A DNA stretch of 56,739 bases, the filler included, from Ginglymostoma cirratum (taxonomy: Eukaryota), in NCBI GenBank assembly GCA_024137785.1. It is 3 parts of 3 records of this genome, joined end to end, with 100 filler letters (N's around TTAATTAATTAA, not from the genome) between each part and the next. Parts side by side here need not be neighbours in the genome. Positions count along the whole stretch, not along the records: positions 1 to 21,917 come from JAHRHZ010000116.1; positions 22,018 to 48,902 come from JAHRHZ010000046.1; 1 more part is not named here. One strand, 5' to 3'. The notes beneath the pieces were generated by a model. That model worked only from the letters and a program-made list of their open reading frames with translations. It was not told the origin of the DNA and ran no database searches. A program made the position numbers and the translations under genes. How positions within the stretch are numbered: the first letter of the stretch is position 1; every line of letters starts with the position of its first letter. Below, one piece after another: positions 13,560-24,911 of this stretch.

Positions 13560-14060
13560 CATCAATGTACACAATTGGTCATTTAGGCGATAACACAGAA
13601 GCCAACGTGAGGACGACAGGTGCGTTCATTATAGGAGCTGCAGAATGAATCAGGTTGGGCATTTCAACCAGAAGTTCATGTGTTATGATAACAGAATGTG
13701 TCAGTGCGGAAATCACAGAGATGATCAGTCAATGGATTCCAGCGGTAGTTTTCTTGGAATTGCAGAGCAGATCCGTGTGGCAATTACAGAGTGAATCAGT
13801 TGGAGAGAGCAGAGATATTCAGTGTGGGTGTTACAGACATTGTCCATGTTTGTTTTGCGGACATATCAGCTTGGCAATGACAGAATTGCTTAAAGTTGGG
13901 ATTTTGGTCGGAGTCAGCGTCGGTGTTACAATAATAATCAGAGTGGAGATTACAGTGCTCGTGAGAGTGGAGTTTTCAGAGAGGGTCGGTGTCGAGATAA
14001 CAGAGTTGGTCAGTAGTGGAGTGCCAAAGAAGCTAGTGTAAGGATTAAATTATGATCGGC
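13560..14060. repeat. Second copy of the degenerate 24-bp minisatellite
   Basis: Units such as atcagagtggagattacagtgctc, with the same periodicity as 9150-9600. Confidence 0.7.
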
Positions 14061-14277
14061 TTTGGCAGAGAAATAGAAGCATATTCCACAGAATCCTCCC
14101 AGAGTTGTTCACAGAGCTCAGTCTCACTGTAGTTCCGCCTCCTCTGTGGGTGTTTTTATCTCTCACTGAACAGCGGTGCCTCACAGAACAGGACTAATTG
14201 CACGTCTGAATAAATTCATAGTTTTTGTCTTTGGTTCTCGGACCATCAGAGTCTGCTTGCGTGTGTCTATATGATTT

Positions 14278-14406
14278 NNNNNNNNNNNNNNNNNNNNNNN
14301 NNNNNNNNNNNNNNNNNNNNNNNNNNNNNNNNNNNNNNNNNNNNNNNNNNNNNNNNNNNNNNNNNNNNNNNNNNNNNNNNNNNNNNNNNNNNNNNNNNNN
14401 NNNNNN
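14278..14406. other. Assembly gap (N run)
   Basis: Ns. Confidence 0.99.
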
Positions 14407-14460
14407 GATCGCTTGTCTGTTGTCCTGATTGTGAATTTGTTTCTGTCTTTGTGTGTGTGT

Positions 14461-14491
<31 letters not shown>

Positions 14492-16099
14492 TGTCTTTCT
14501 GTGTACATATTTGTGCAAATGTGTAATCTGGTTGAAGTGCATAAGTCAAAGAGTCTTTGCACTGGTCTGAATGTTTAGACGTACATATTTGCGGTCAGGC
14601 ATTTGTTACTGTGTTTCGCTGTTGTGTGTTGTTCAACTATCTCAGTACCTGATTAGAAACATGTTGAAAAGATCGTACATATTAAGTTGGAATGTTGTTT
14701 CGGGAGCCTGGTTTCAATACAGAATCCAGTGGCCTTTGCTCTCAGAGACAAGCTGTCTTGAGCGATGATGATAAATAAATTAATGGAATTTTTTTTTCTC
14801 TGTTTCCAAAGTTTCCTCCTTGAGTTGAATGTTATAAAATGCGACCATCTGCTGGTGTATCTCCGCTACTGCACAAGAGGATTGTCAACCTCATCAGTTA
14901 TTCACGCAGGAGTATAGCCGCACACAGCAGTTTCAAACTGACAACAGCATCAGCTCACACAGAGGAAGAAGAGTGTACAGCCTTTTATGTTGTCAATCTG
15001 CATGAAGAGTTCACATTTGTAAATGTGTTGGTGATATTTTAATGATTCTTTTGCAATTTGTTTCTCATTGCTTCGATGTCTGTCATTCTCAATAGCACTT
15101 TCTCCACCTCCCATATCAATTTCCTAGAATCATAGTCAACGGTTCGATGAGAGGAAGAGTTTGCTCTGAATCAGGTTGTGCAACAGGGAACGTTTGTACA
15201 CACTGAGAAAGTTGCACAATGCTTTGAGGTGTACCTATATAATGGACAATTTAGATCTCCTCAATGACGGTTCAGCTTCAGGCTTAACTCCTTACTACTG
15301 AAAAATGTTCCTTAATTCTTAATTTGTTTGTGGCTTTTAGCAGAACAGACATTCATCTCCATCCCAGATGGCAAACTGTGCAACTACTCACAGTAGAACA
15401 CCACTAATGTAAAATAGAATGAGATGATGTCATTGCATGTCTGCAAGTCTGAAAAGAAATGACTGTGAACAAAAATATTTCATGTTTACCAGAATAAGAA
15501 TAATTCTTCAGTATATAATCAAGGTGCTTGGAGGGTACTTGTGGCCTCCTGGTCAGTGTGCCTATCTTTGAGTCAGATGGCTCGCATATGTTCCCTTCTG
15601 CTCTACAGGTGTGCATTGAATACTGGGCAGCTAAAATCAGAAACGTTGTTTACATCTGTAGGAGAGGCTAGGAGAGGAGGACATAATCTTTAAAGAAAGA
15701 CCCGCACCTTTCAGACGGAGATTAGGAGGAAAAGCTTCCCCCAGAAGGAAATAAATCTGAGGAATTCTTTACAACAGAAGTTGGATTGTAAATTATGTTC
15801 AGTGCAGAGGTTGAAAAAATGTATTCGATTATTAGAATCAAAGACTGTGCAGAAAACACAGGAGAGTAGAATTGATGCTTATCAGATGAGCTATGATTTC
15901 ATTTTTCGATGGACTGAGTGGCCTACTTCTGCTTCTATGTTTTATGCTCTTAAGACCTCTTGAATGCAAACAAATGAGAGAGTCCGTCTGTGGGCATGTG
16001 CATTTACGCAGTGATTTGTTTAAAGTTGGATTGCACGACCAGGTTCCAACCAGAGGGGAAAAGGAAATATTTTGTTCAGAATGCAACCATATAAACATC

Positions 16100-16341
16100 C
16101 AGGCAAACTGCCGTCTCTGTACAAATACTAGTGGAAAGGGAATCATTGATTAGTAACTTGAAACAGTGAAGTAAAACAGCATTCATTAAACTGGAGTGAA
16201 TCTTCCTTGTAACTGCCCCTGGGAAAGGTGTTGACAAACGACTGAAATACAACCTTAAAACTGGGGTAAAAAAGAAAATAATTGCACCTATTCACTTGAG
16301 GAGAAAGCAAGAAGGAGAGCTTTAGACCTTGGTGGCACCAT
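16100..16341 (-). pseudogene. VH-like leader exon (16296-16341) with intron; V exon almost entirely deleted
   Basis: MVPPRSKALLLAFSS+A then gtgaat, 46 nt like the 7364-7409 leader. The intron 3' end matches those at 7250-7290 and 13268-13305. Confidence 0.6.
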
Positions 16342-17654
16342 GTTTCCTGAGGCTGTGTTAAATGGGTCCGTATGTCTAAAGTCACTCATTGATAAATCTG
16401 TTTGGCGGATATCAAGAATCAGCAGAAGAGTGGGCGGTTTTAACGACATAAAGTATTGGTTTCCTAATGTTGGCGCACCCAATGTAAATATAAAGGTTTC
16501 TTAATACCCCCAGTGTCCAGCACGGCAGCAGCATCTCATTGTGAACATTTCAGGACAGAATGAATTGTGAGTAAATGCATGAATTCGTTTTATTTCAAAA
16601 GGATACTTTATTCACAAACCTATCCTTATAAACATACATAGTCAACAAACCAGCTCGGGCCTGATTAGTAGCATGTGAAGACAAAAACAAACATTGGAGT
16701 GTGACGCTATCCAGCGAACAATTTCAAGGCTTTCTTACCTGTAGAAGTATATATTTAGATTTATTTAATATACCACGAGTGTCCGATAGTGCACGGACCC
16801 TCATTTAACTTTTGCAGAAAAAGACCATTTACTTTTCCCACTCTGGTTCCTGTATGTCTACGAATTCTTGTTCTGCGCCAACACGTTGTCCCCAGAATCT
16901 TGAAGTTGTCCGCAAACAAATATCATCTTACGTAGGAAATTTTCAAAACATTTTCGGAAAATCAAACGTTACAGTTACAGTGACTCAAGATTTTCAATTC
17001 TACTTGTTAAATACTAAAACAAAATGCAGTAGATTTGTTAAACATGATTTGCCTGCCATAAAATGATGCTGGTTATGCCCAATCCGGTCGATTCTTCCCA
17101 AATGTTTTATTATACACACCTGTCAGTGGTAAATAAACCTTAAAAAGGAATACTGATAACATGGCGGTAGTTTACTTCAGTAACAATTTATAGTGATATG
17201 AGCTGAACTGCCTGATGGGTGACGGAGAATTTACAATTTTCTTTTTGCAAATGGTAGATGGCTGTGTTTCGGGTGTCAGAATACTTGAGGCTGTGCTGTG
17301 GAGAGAATAGGTGAGTGTGATTAACTGAATAATGCACTTCAGGAGCAGCAATGAATCTGAAGGCAACTGACCACATCCCGAGAGCCTCCATTCTATTACT
17401 TGAATTTACTCACGGTTTGGAAGGGTTCTGGGCCCCGAAGAAAAGAAGTCAAACTTTCAGTCAATTACATCTCCCAAGTTTGCATCAGAATCTTCACAGT
17501 TTGCAGCAAATACACAGAAGTTGCACAGAAAATGCAATCCAAATTAATTGTACGAATGTTACAGCAGGCATTAAATTACGAGTTAAGGTGCACGGATGTG
17601 TATCTGAGACTGTGTGCAAGTGTTATCGTGGTATATCACATCCTGCGCGCATGA

Positions 17655-17705
<51 letters not shown>
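17655..17705. repeat. (TG)n microsatellite
   Basis: Direct inspection. Confidence 0.95.
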
Positions 17706-17959
17706 TGTATGTGTTTGTCTGTGTCTGTGTATGTTTGTGTATGTTTTTGTGTGTTTGTGAGTAAGTGTTTCTACTTGCATGCCTGGTGCTGCGCAAACTT
17801 ACACTTGTCTCACTTACTGTGTGTTTGTCTGCTTATCTGTCATTCTGTGTTTGTGAATGCCTCTATTTGTGTAAAAGGAGATATTTGTCAGCAGTTATTG
17901 AATTTCGAGGTGAAAGCCTCCGTGTCGTTTTCCTCACTTTATGTTTAAAATAAAACAAC

Positions 17960-18163
17960 ATGGCATAGTGAATGGGAGCTAGAGCTTCTGGTTACCGACT
18001 CGGGCAGCGTGGTCAGACCAGGGAGGCTTCAGGGCACTCTTCACCGGGAACATAAACAGAGCAATTGGACAATCAGGGACATCGAGAGGAAGGTTGACGC
18101 TGTCTTCCTCTTCATGATGATCATTACCATGATACAACCCAATGAGTAACCAGTACAGAAACT
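17960..18163 (+). pseudogene. 5'-truncated TCR-like V pseudogene with 23-RSS
   Basis: WHSEWELELLVTDSGSVVRPGRLQGTLHREHKQSNWTIRDIERKVDAVFLFMMII, followed by TACCATG (18125-18131), 23 nt, ACAGAAACT. Confidence 0.78.
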
Positions 18164-18454
18164 CTGGGGAGACAGCAGTTAGACAGACTGCCTCACCACC
18201 TCAATCACACCACCTTTTCACAGGAGCAGTAGTAACTGATTGGAAATGAATTATGTGGATTTCCCATGCTCAGTGTGGTCATATTACATGAATCTTAATC
18301 AGTAAGAATCAAGAGTGCATCTATTTACTAAACAGCCTGTTCAGAGATGTTATAAACACTTCTACAAAAGGTGAAGCTAGAAACCCGACCTATTTGATTA
18401 AAAGCAAGTGACAGTGGCTTTCAACATCAGTAGACCCTAAGAATCTCAAAAGTA

Positions 18455-18510
18455 ACTCTCTTCTAGTTGATTTTATTCAGGATAATCAATGTTAATCGCA
18501 CATCCGTCTG
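18455..18510 (-). pseudogene. Degenerate orphan leader exon copy
   Basis: GATGTGCGATTAACATTGATTATCCTG is homologous to 11429-11483, and an upstream TATAAA is retained. Confidence 0.55.
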
Positions 18511-20290
18511 CAATTCCTATTTAAAGGGACACTACATTGAAATAAACAATGGCTCTATGCTTTATACTGCACAGAAGACACGAGAGAAGGAAGTGTCGCT
18601 GTTATACTTCCACCCACACGCTAATTGACATGAAAAGACCCGGGACCTCTGACACACCACATTAGTTAAACAGAGAACAATATTGGCGTCAGTAACACCC
18701 GTGGAAATGCAGTTGGAAAGAAGACTCGATCAATTGTGAATAAAGACTAATTAGACTTCATTTCTTAGTGGGGGCGGGGCAAGATTTTGTTCCATTATGG
18801 TATCTACAATCAAATTTCAGCTGATATCACTAAAACGTAGGGAATGTCCAAGAAGGAGAGAATGAAGGTGAAATTCAGTGCAAAGAAAGTGAGGCACAAA
18901 TAGAGCGCAATAAAGATGGCGCTGTGTATCCTCAAAGAAGCCAACAGGGGAGACTGACAAATGTGAGTCTGTTGGAACTGATACAGAGAAAAACCAAGAG
19001 AGGAGTTCGGCTTGACGTAACTGCAACTACGAATCGTGAAAATCAACAAAAGATCAGCCAAATGGAGAGCAGCAGCAGATCAACAACAAATCTGACAACA
19101 GCATCAATACACGCGAGCACACACACACACAAACTCACACACACATACGCAGAAACAGTGACAGAGACAGTCAAAGTAGAAAGACAAACGAGGAACCATT
19201 TTTGAGGGGCAGTGTGACAATAGATGAATAATTTTGGGCATTGTATCAACGTATACATTTACCGAAGTCTCTCTGTCTTTCAGTCTTGGTGTCCTGATTA
19301 TCTCTGAGTCAATTTCCATTCATCAATCTCTCTATTCCTCCAGCTATCTTCTTTCTGTCCGTCTATTTACCTATCTGTCCATCTATCTATCTATCTATCT
19401 ATACTTATATCTATTAAAATTTCCAGTGTTAGATAGAAAGACATCTGAAGAGGCGTTGAATCTGACTTTGACTCTGTTTTCAAGGATCAGAATCAATCTA
19501 TTGTGAGATCTATCGACTGTGTAAGAGAAAGCGCTCTTCCTCCAAGTCAATCTCAGCAAACATACCTTCTTGAAAAATAAAATATGGACAATGATTCTGT
19601 TAAATTGACATGGGGTAGTGGAAAGGGGTTTACAGAATACCAGTCACCCCAGCAAAGAGAAGCAAAGTACAAAAGAGTCTTTAAAATATGAACAATGAAT
19701 TTATGAATTTCAGTTGGCTTTGAAACTTGAAATTAGAAAAGACTGTTCACTGCTCCTTTGTGTGAGATGATGCTGTTTTCGGTTTGAATGGTGTCATTCA
19801 TCGCTGCTCTCTCTTGACAGAATCCATGATCAGTTTCACCTTTCCCTTGTGTAGTAAAGGACATCCACCAGCAGAAGGTAGAACTGAATTGCATTGAACT
19901 GAAGGGTGGGAAACAGGGATAAACACTGTGAGAAACAAAAACAGAAATGGCTGGAATTTCTCAGCAGGTCTGCCAGAATCCGTGGACAGAAATCAGAGAT
20001 AAAGTTTCGGCTTGAATGCCCCTTCCTGGGAACTAATTTTTCTCCACAGACATTTGCTCAAAGTGAATATTCATAATCTGAGACTGACACACGGTGGGAT
20101 AATGTGAAGAGTATACATGTCTTTTTTTTTAAACTACCATATATACAAGCACTTATTGTGACGAGAACAGACCGAACAAAAAGTGGATTGGGAAGAAACA
20201 GGATGTGTGAATACATATTGGGGTATGCCCATTGGAATGAACGGTCTGTTTCCCTAACGGGAAATTCAATGTGTTTCCAGGGAGCTAGAA

Positions 20291-20660
20291 GTGTGATCCC
20301 CTATCTCCGATCATCATTCCTCCCATGGGGGATTAAGTCCATATTACATAATTGCAGGCCAAAGTATGAAGCACACAGTCGCCTGTGGCACTAATAACTG
20401 TGGAAGTCTCCTACGTGCCAAAGATCTACAGTACACATGACATTGCTCACCTTTGCGAAATGGTTCAGGTGGCACGGCGGAGGGGAGCCAAATCTTCTGA
20501 TCACCACCTCTATCTGCGTAAAGGATTCGGGACGCTCTTCACCAGAACAGAAATGGACCACATTCATCATCAGAGACATCAGGAGGAAGGATACTGTGAT
20601 TTACCACTGCCTGGTGATCATCACCACGTAACAACTCAAAGGGCAACCAGTATAGATGCT
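20291..20660 (+). pseudogene. TCR-like V pseudogene (leader+V in one exon) with 23-RSS
   Basis: ...KSILHNCRPKYE / TQSPVALITVEVSY... / TLLTFAKWFRWHGGGEPNLLITTS...FIIRDIRRKDTVIYHCLVII (frameshifts at the slashes). CACCACG (20622-20628), 23 nt, ATAGATGCT. Confidence 0.8.
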
Positions 20661-20970
20661 CCAGGCAGGCAGGAGTCATGCTGACAGCTTTGCGATCTGA
20701 ACATCAACAATCTTACGGAGGAGCAACAATCACTGACTGAAAATGAATTATGTGAAACTACGCTGTTCAATGTGGAAATATTGTGTGAATCGACATTGGT
20801 GAGAAACTAAAGCGCTTCCATTTTCTAAGGAACGTGCTCTTAGATGTTATTAGGCACATGAAGAGTAGGTGACATGAAAACTGCAATTAATTGGAATCCG
20901 AGGGAGGGAGTCTATCACTGACAGCAGTAGATCCTCAGAGACACACAAGAGCCACTGATCTGTAACTCAT

Positions 20971-21025
20971 CTTGTTGATTTCCAATCAGGCGCATGAGGA
21001 TAATCAATGTTAATCGTACATCCAT
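20971..21025 (-). pseudogene. Orphan leader exon copy with mutated donor
   Basis: MDVRLTLIILMRLIGNQQ+G then atgagt. 55 nt, the same length as 11429-11483. Confidence 0.6.
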
Positions 21026-21214
21026 CTTCATGTGCTGTTCACAGGAGTGCAACTTCGAAACAGGCAAAGATTCTGCTCTTTAAAGTGCACTACAGACCAA
21101 CGAAGGAAATGGAGCAAGTGCATTTGCATTAACACGTGAACTGAAAACAAAGATCCAAGATAACTTATTCAACACTTAATTTAAACATAGAGAATAGTAG
21201 TGTACTCAGTAACT

Positions 21215-21310
21215 CGATAACAAGGCGTGGGGCTGGATGAACACAGCAGGCCAAGCAGCATCATAGGAGCAGAAAAACTTGACGTTTCGGGCCTAGACCC
21301 TTCATCAGAA
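21215..21310 (-). mobile_element. Penelope-derived fragment with hammerhead core (21281-21308)
   Basis: The minus strand reads CTGATGAAGGGTCTAGGCCCGAAACGTC. Confidence 0.72.
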
Positions 21311-21821
21311 ATTTTGTATCTAGAGGTTGGCAGTATCTCAGAGAGTAACAAAGCTAATTAGGAATGCAGATACAGTTGGAAAATGATCAGGAAAAGAAAT
21401 TTCATGTTAATAACATTTCCATGCTGCCTTCTATTGCTTAAAATGAAAAATGATAATGCTATAAATACTCAATAGGTATGGTACTATCTGTGGAGAGAGA
21501 TATATTTCAGGCTGATGACTTTTTATGAGATTGTGGAAAGATATATGTGTATAGGTTTTATGAAACTGGAAGAGACGAGAGGGTAGAATGGATGAAAGAT
21601 AAGGTCTATGACTGAGATGAGTGCAGGAAAGATTAAATGATTAAATTAAACTAAAGGGTTTCATGGCACAAAATCTAAAGTAAATGCAGGTATCCATTGA
21701 GTTCCAAAATTTTCAGCTTTTATTTCAGATTTCCAGAATTTGCTGTTAATTCCTTTATATTGGGTTGGTTTAGCTCAGTTGGCTGGGCAGTTGATTTGCA
21801 AAGCAGTGTGATGCCAACAGC

Positions 21822-22092
21822 GATAAAAGGTACTGCAGATGCTGAAGAATCCGAGATAACAAGGTGTGGAGCTGGATGAACACAGCAGGCCAAGCAGCAT
21901 CATAGGAGCAGGAAAACNNNNNNNNNNNNNNNNNNNNNNNNNNNNNNNNNNNNNNNNNNNNTTAATTAATTAANNNNNNNNNNNNNNNNNNNNNNNNNNN
22001 NNNNNNNNNNNNNNNNNAAGCTGCTTGACCTGCTGTGTTCATCCAGCCCCATGCTTGTTATCTCGGATTCTCCAGCATCTGCAGTACCTTTT
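21822..22092. mobile_element. Palindromic Penelope-derived element spanning a 100-bp scaffold gap (21918-22017)
   Basis: Inverted arms flank the N run, and the gap contains a TTAATTAATTAA linker. Confidence 0.7.
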
Positions 22093-22389
22093 AACTCAGA
22101 TAAATGTTCTGGGGACCTGGGTTCAAATCCTGCTGCAGCAGATGGTTGAAATTGAATTGATAAAAACCTGAAATTAAGAGTCTAATGATGACCATTGTTG
22201 GGGAAAAAGCCATCTGCCCTTTAGGAAAATTTCTTCCTTTGAGAAATTGCTGTCCTTACCTGATCTGGCTGACATGTGACTCCAGGCCCAGAGCAATGTG
22301 GTTGATTCTTAACTGTAACAGTGACCACTGCAAAGTCCTTGTGGAGATGAAGTTCCACTATCACAATGGGAATACCTTATGTCGTGTTG

Positions 22390-24090
22390 TTTTGACACAA
22401 TCATCATGCGAAATGGGACAGACTTCAAACAAATCAAGTAACTCAAGACTGGGCATCCAGCAGAATCTGTAACCGCATAGCCCGGCATCTCCCCCAGTCA
22501 ACCATTACCAACAAGCCAGGGGATCAACCATGGTTCAATGAAAAGTGCAAGAAGACTTCCAGGAGTAGCAGCAGGCATTCTTAAAAGATGAGGTGTCAGT
22601 CTGGTGAAGCTACAAAACAGGACTTGAATGCCAAACAACATTTCAGCAAGTGATAGACAGAGCTAACTGATTCCACAACTAATGGGTCCGATCTAAGCTT
22701 GGTAGTCCTGCTACATCCAGACATGGACAATTAAACAAATGATTACAGTAGGAAGCTGCACAAATATTCCCATCTTCAATGATGGGAGAGCCCAGCACAT
22801 CAGTGCAAAGTGTAAGGATGAACCATTTGCAACTATCTTCAGTGAATTCTGCATGGATGATCCATCTCAGCCTCCTCCAGATGCCAGTCTTAAGCCAATT
22901 CAATCCAATCTGTGTGAAATCAAATAATGTTTGGAGGCACTGGATACTGGAAGGCTATGGGCCTTGACAACTTCCTGGTAATACTACTGAAGATGTGCTC
23001 TAGAGCTTCCCGTTCCCCTAGCCATGCTATTCCAGTCCAACTACAACAGTGACATCTACTCAATAATGTGGAAAATTGCCTAGTTATGTCCCATATACAA
23101 AAGGCAGGAGCAGTCCCACCCAACCACTTAGTTTATTCTTGATTGTCAATAAAATGATGAAAGGTTTCATCAACAGTTCTATCAAATAGCTGCTGCTCAT
23201 TGGCACTCAGTTTGGATTGTGCAAGGGCCACTGAGCTCCTGACCTCATTACAGTGTTGGTTTAAACATGGATGGTAAAGCTAAATTCCAGAGCTGATGTA
23301 AGAGCTGCACTTGGCTGAACATGGCATCTTGGAGTCAATGGGAATCGGGGAAAACTTTGCTGGTTTGAGTCACACCTAACAAACAAAGGAAGATGGTTGT
23401 GGTTGTTGAAGGTCGGTCATCTCTGCTCTGGGACATCTCTGCAGGAGTTCAGTAGGGTATTGTCCTAGGCCCAACCATTTTCAGCTGCTTCATCAATGAC
23501 TTCTCTGTATCAAAAGATCAGTAGTATTTGCCAATGATAGCACAATGTTCAGCACCATTTGTGACTCCTTACATACTGAAGCTGTCCATGTCCATCAGCC
23601 ATGATGCCTGACTCTTCAAAGCAACTCCAACAGCACTCAAGAAGTTTGACACGATCTGGGTCAAAACATACCCCACTTGATTGGCAGTACATACAAAAAC
23701 TTCCACCGTCAATGTTCAGGTTTTGCAGTGTGTACCAAGTACACGAAACACTGCAGAAAATCACTAAAACAGCATCTTTCAAACCAATGACTGCTACCGC
23801 ATATGAGGACAATGGCAGTAGACACATGGGAACACCACCACCTGCAAGTTCTGCTCTAAGCCACTCACCATCCAGACTTGGAAATATATTGCAGTTTCTT
23901 ACCTGTCTCTGGCTCAAAATCCTGCAATTCTTTCTCTATTGGTATGGTCGGTCTACCTTCACCAAATGGACTGCAGCGGTTCAAGAATGCAGTTCACCAC
24001 CACCTTTTCAAGGACAAGTATACGGATGGGCAAAAAATGCTGGTCACCCAGCGATGCCCACGGTTATGAATGACCAAACAAAAAAATTTC
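22390..24090 (+). mobile_element. Degenerate non-LTR retrotransposon ORF2/RT remnant
   Basis: Fragments such as KPGDQPWFNEKC, WKIA*LCPIYK and GV*GIVLGPTIFSCFIND, with many disablements. Confidence 0.65.
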
Positions 24091-24650
24091 CATTTTGAGT
24101 CAGGAGCCTGATGATTACATTAAATGTGGGTTTCCACCCAATATTGTAGAGAACGTCACCATCAGTTAGCCCTTATACTCCCAATACCATAAGGGGCCTG
24201 CAGCCTGACTGGATAGTCCCAGTTGGCCTCTAATTAGGGGCCTAATTTGCCTGTTAGTTACCTTATCAAGATATATGCTGTTCGTTGCAGATGGCTGTTC
24301 TGCTACCAACGTGGGTGTACCGAAAATGGTTTGGAGATGGATGATGCCAGCAAACTGGCTAGTAATGTGAAATTATGTCTCTGACTTGGCTCAGTTCCTG
24401 TGTCCTCACAAGGCAAAACTCCTGCTTTAAATCTGTTTTGTTAAAAATTTAATTGAATTTTAATCACATTTTTAAAATTTGCAAAAGAAACAGCTGAATA
24501 GAAACTGACTAAAACCCAAGTACAAACACGTATGCACACAAACACTGCATACTGAGAACAAAATTGCACACCACATACTGAATGCAATGCACACATAAAA
24601 GTATAAATAGAGTCACTTAGTCAAACAGAACTTGAGCCCTGTTGGAAAGA

Positions 24651-24911
24651 GATACATTTTGACTAAGATAACAAGGTGTGGAGCTGGATGAACATAGCAG
24701 GCCAAGCAGCATCATAGGAGCAGGAAAGCTTGACGTTTCGGGCCTAGACCCTTCATCAGGAATTTTCTGATGAAGGGTCTAGGCCTGAAAGGTCAAGCTT
24801 TCCTGCTCCTATGATGCTGCTTGGCCTGCTGTGTTCATCCAGCTCCACACCTTGTTATCTCGGATTCTCCAGCATCTGCAGTACCTATTATCTCTGATAC
24901 ATTTTGACTAA
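24651..24911. mobile_element. Palindromic Penelope-derived insertion with two inverted hammerhead cores and flanking direct repeat
   Basis: About 94-bp inverted arms (24666-24759 / 24767-24860). GATACATTTTGACTAA occurs at 24651-24666 and 24896-24911. Confidence 0.85.

Noticed and set aside
21962-21973. TTAATTAATTAA inside N runs (also at about 48947-48958)
   Set aside because: An identical linker centred in two exact 100-bp gaps is a scaffolding artefact, not biology.
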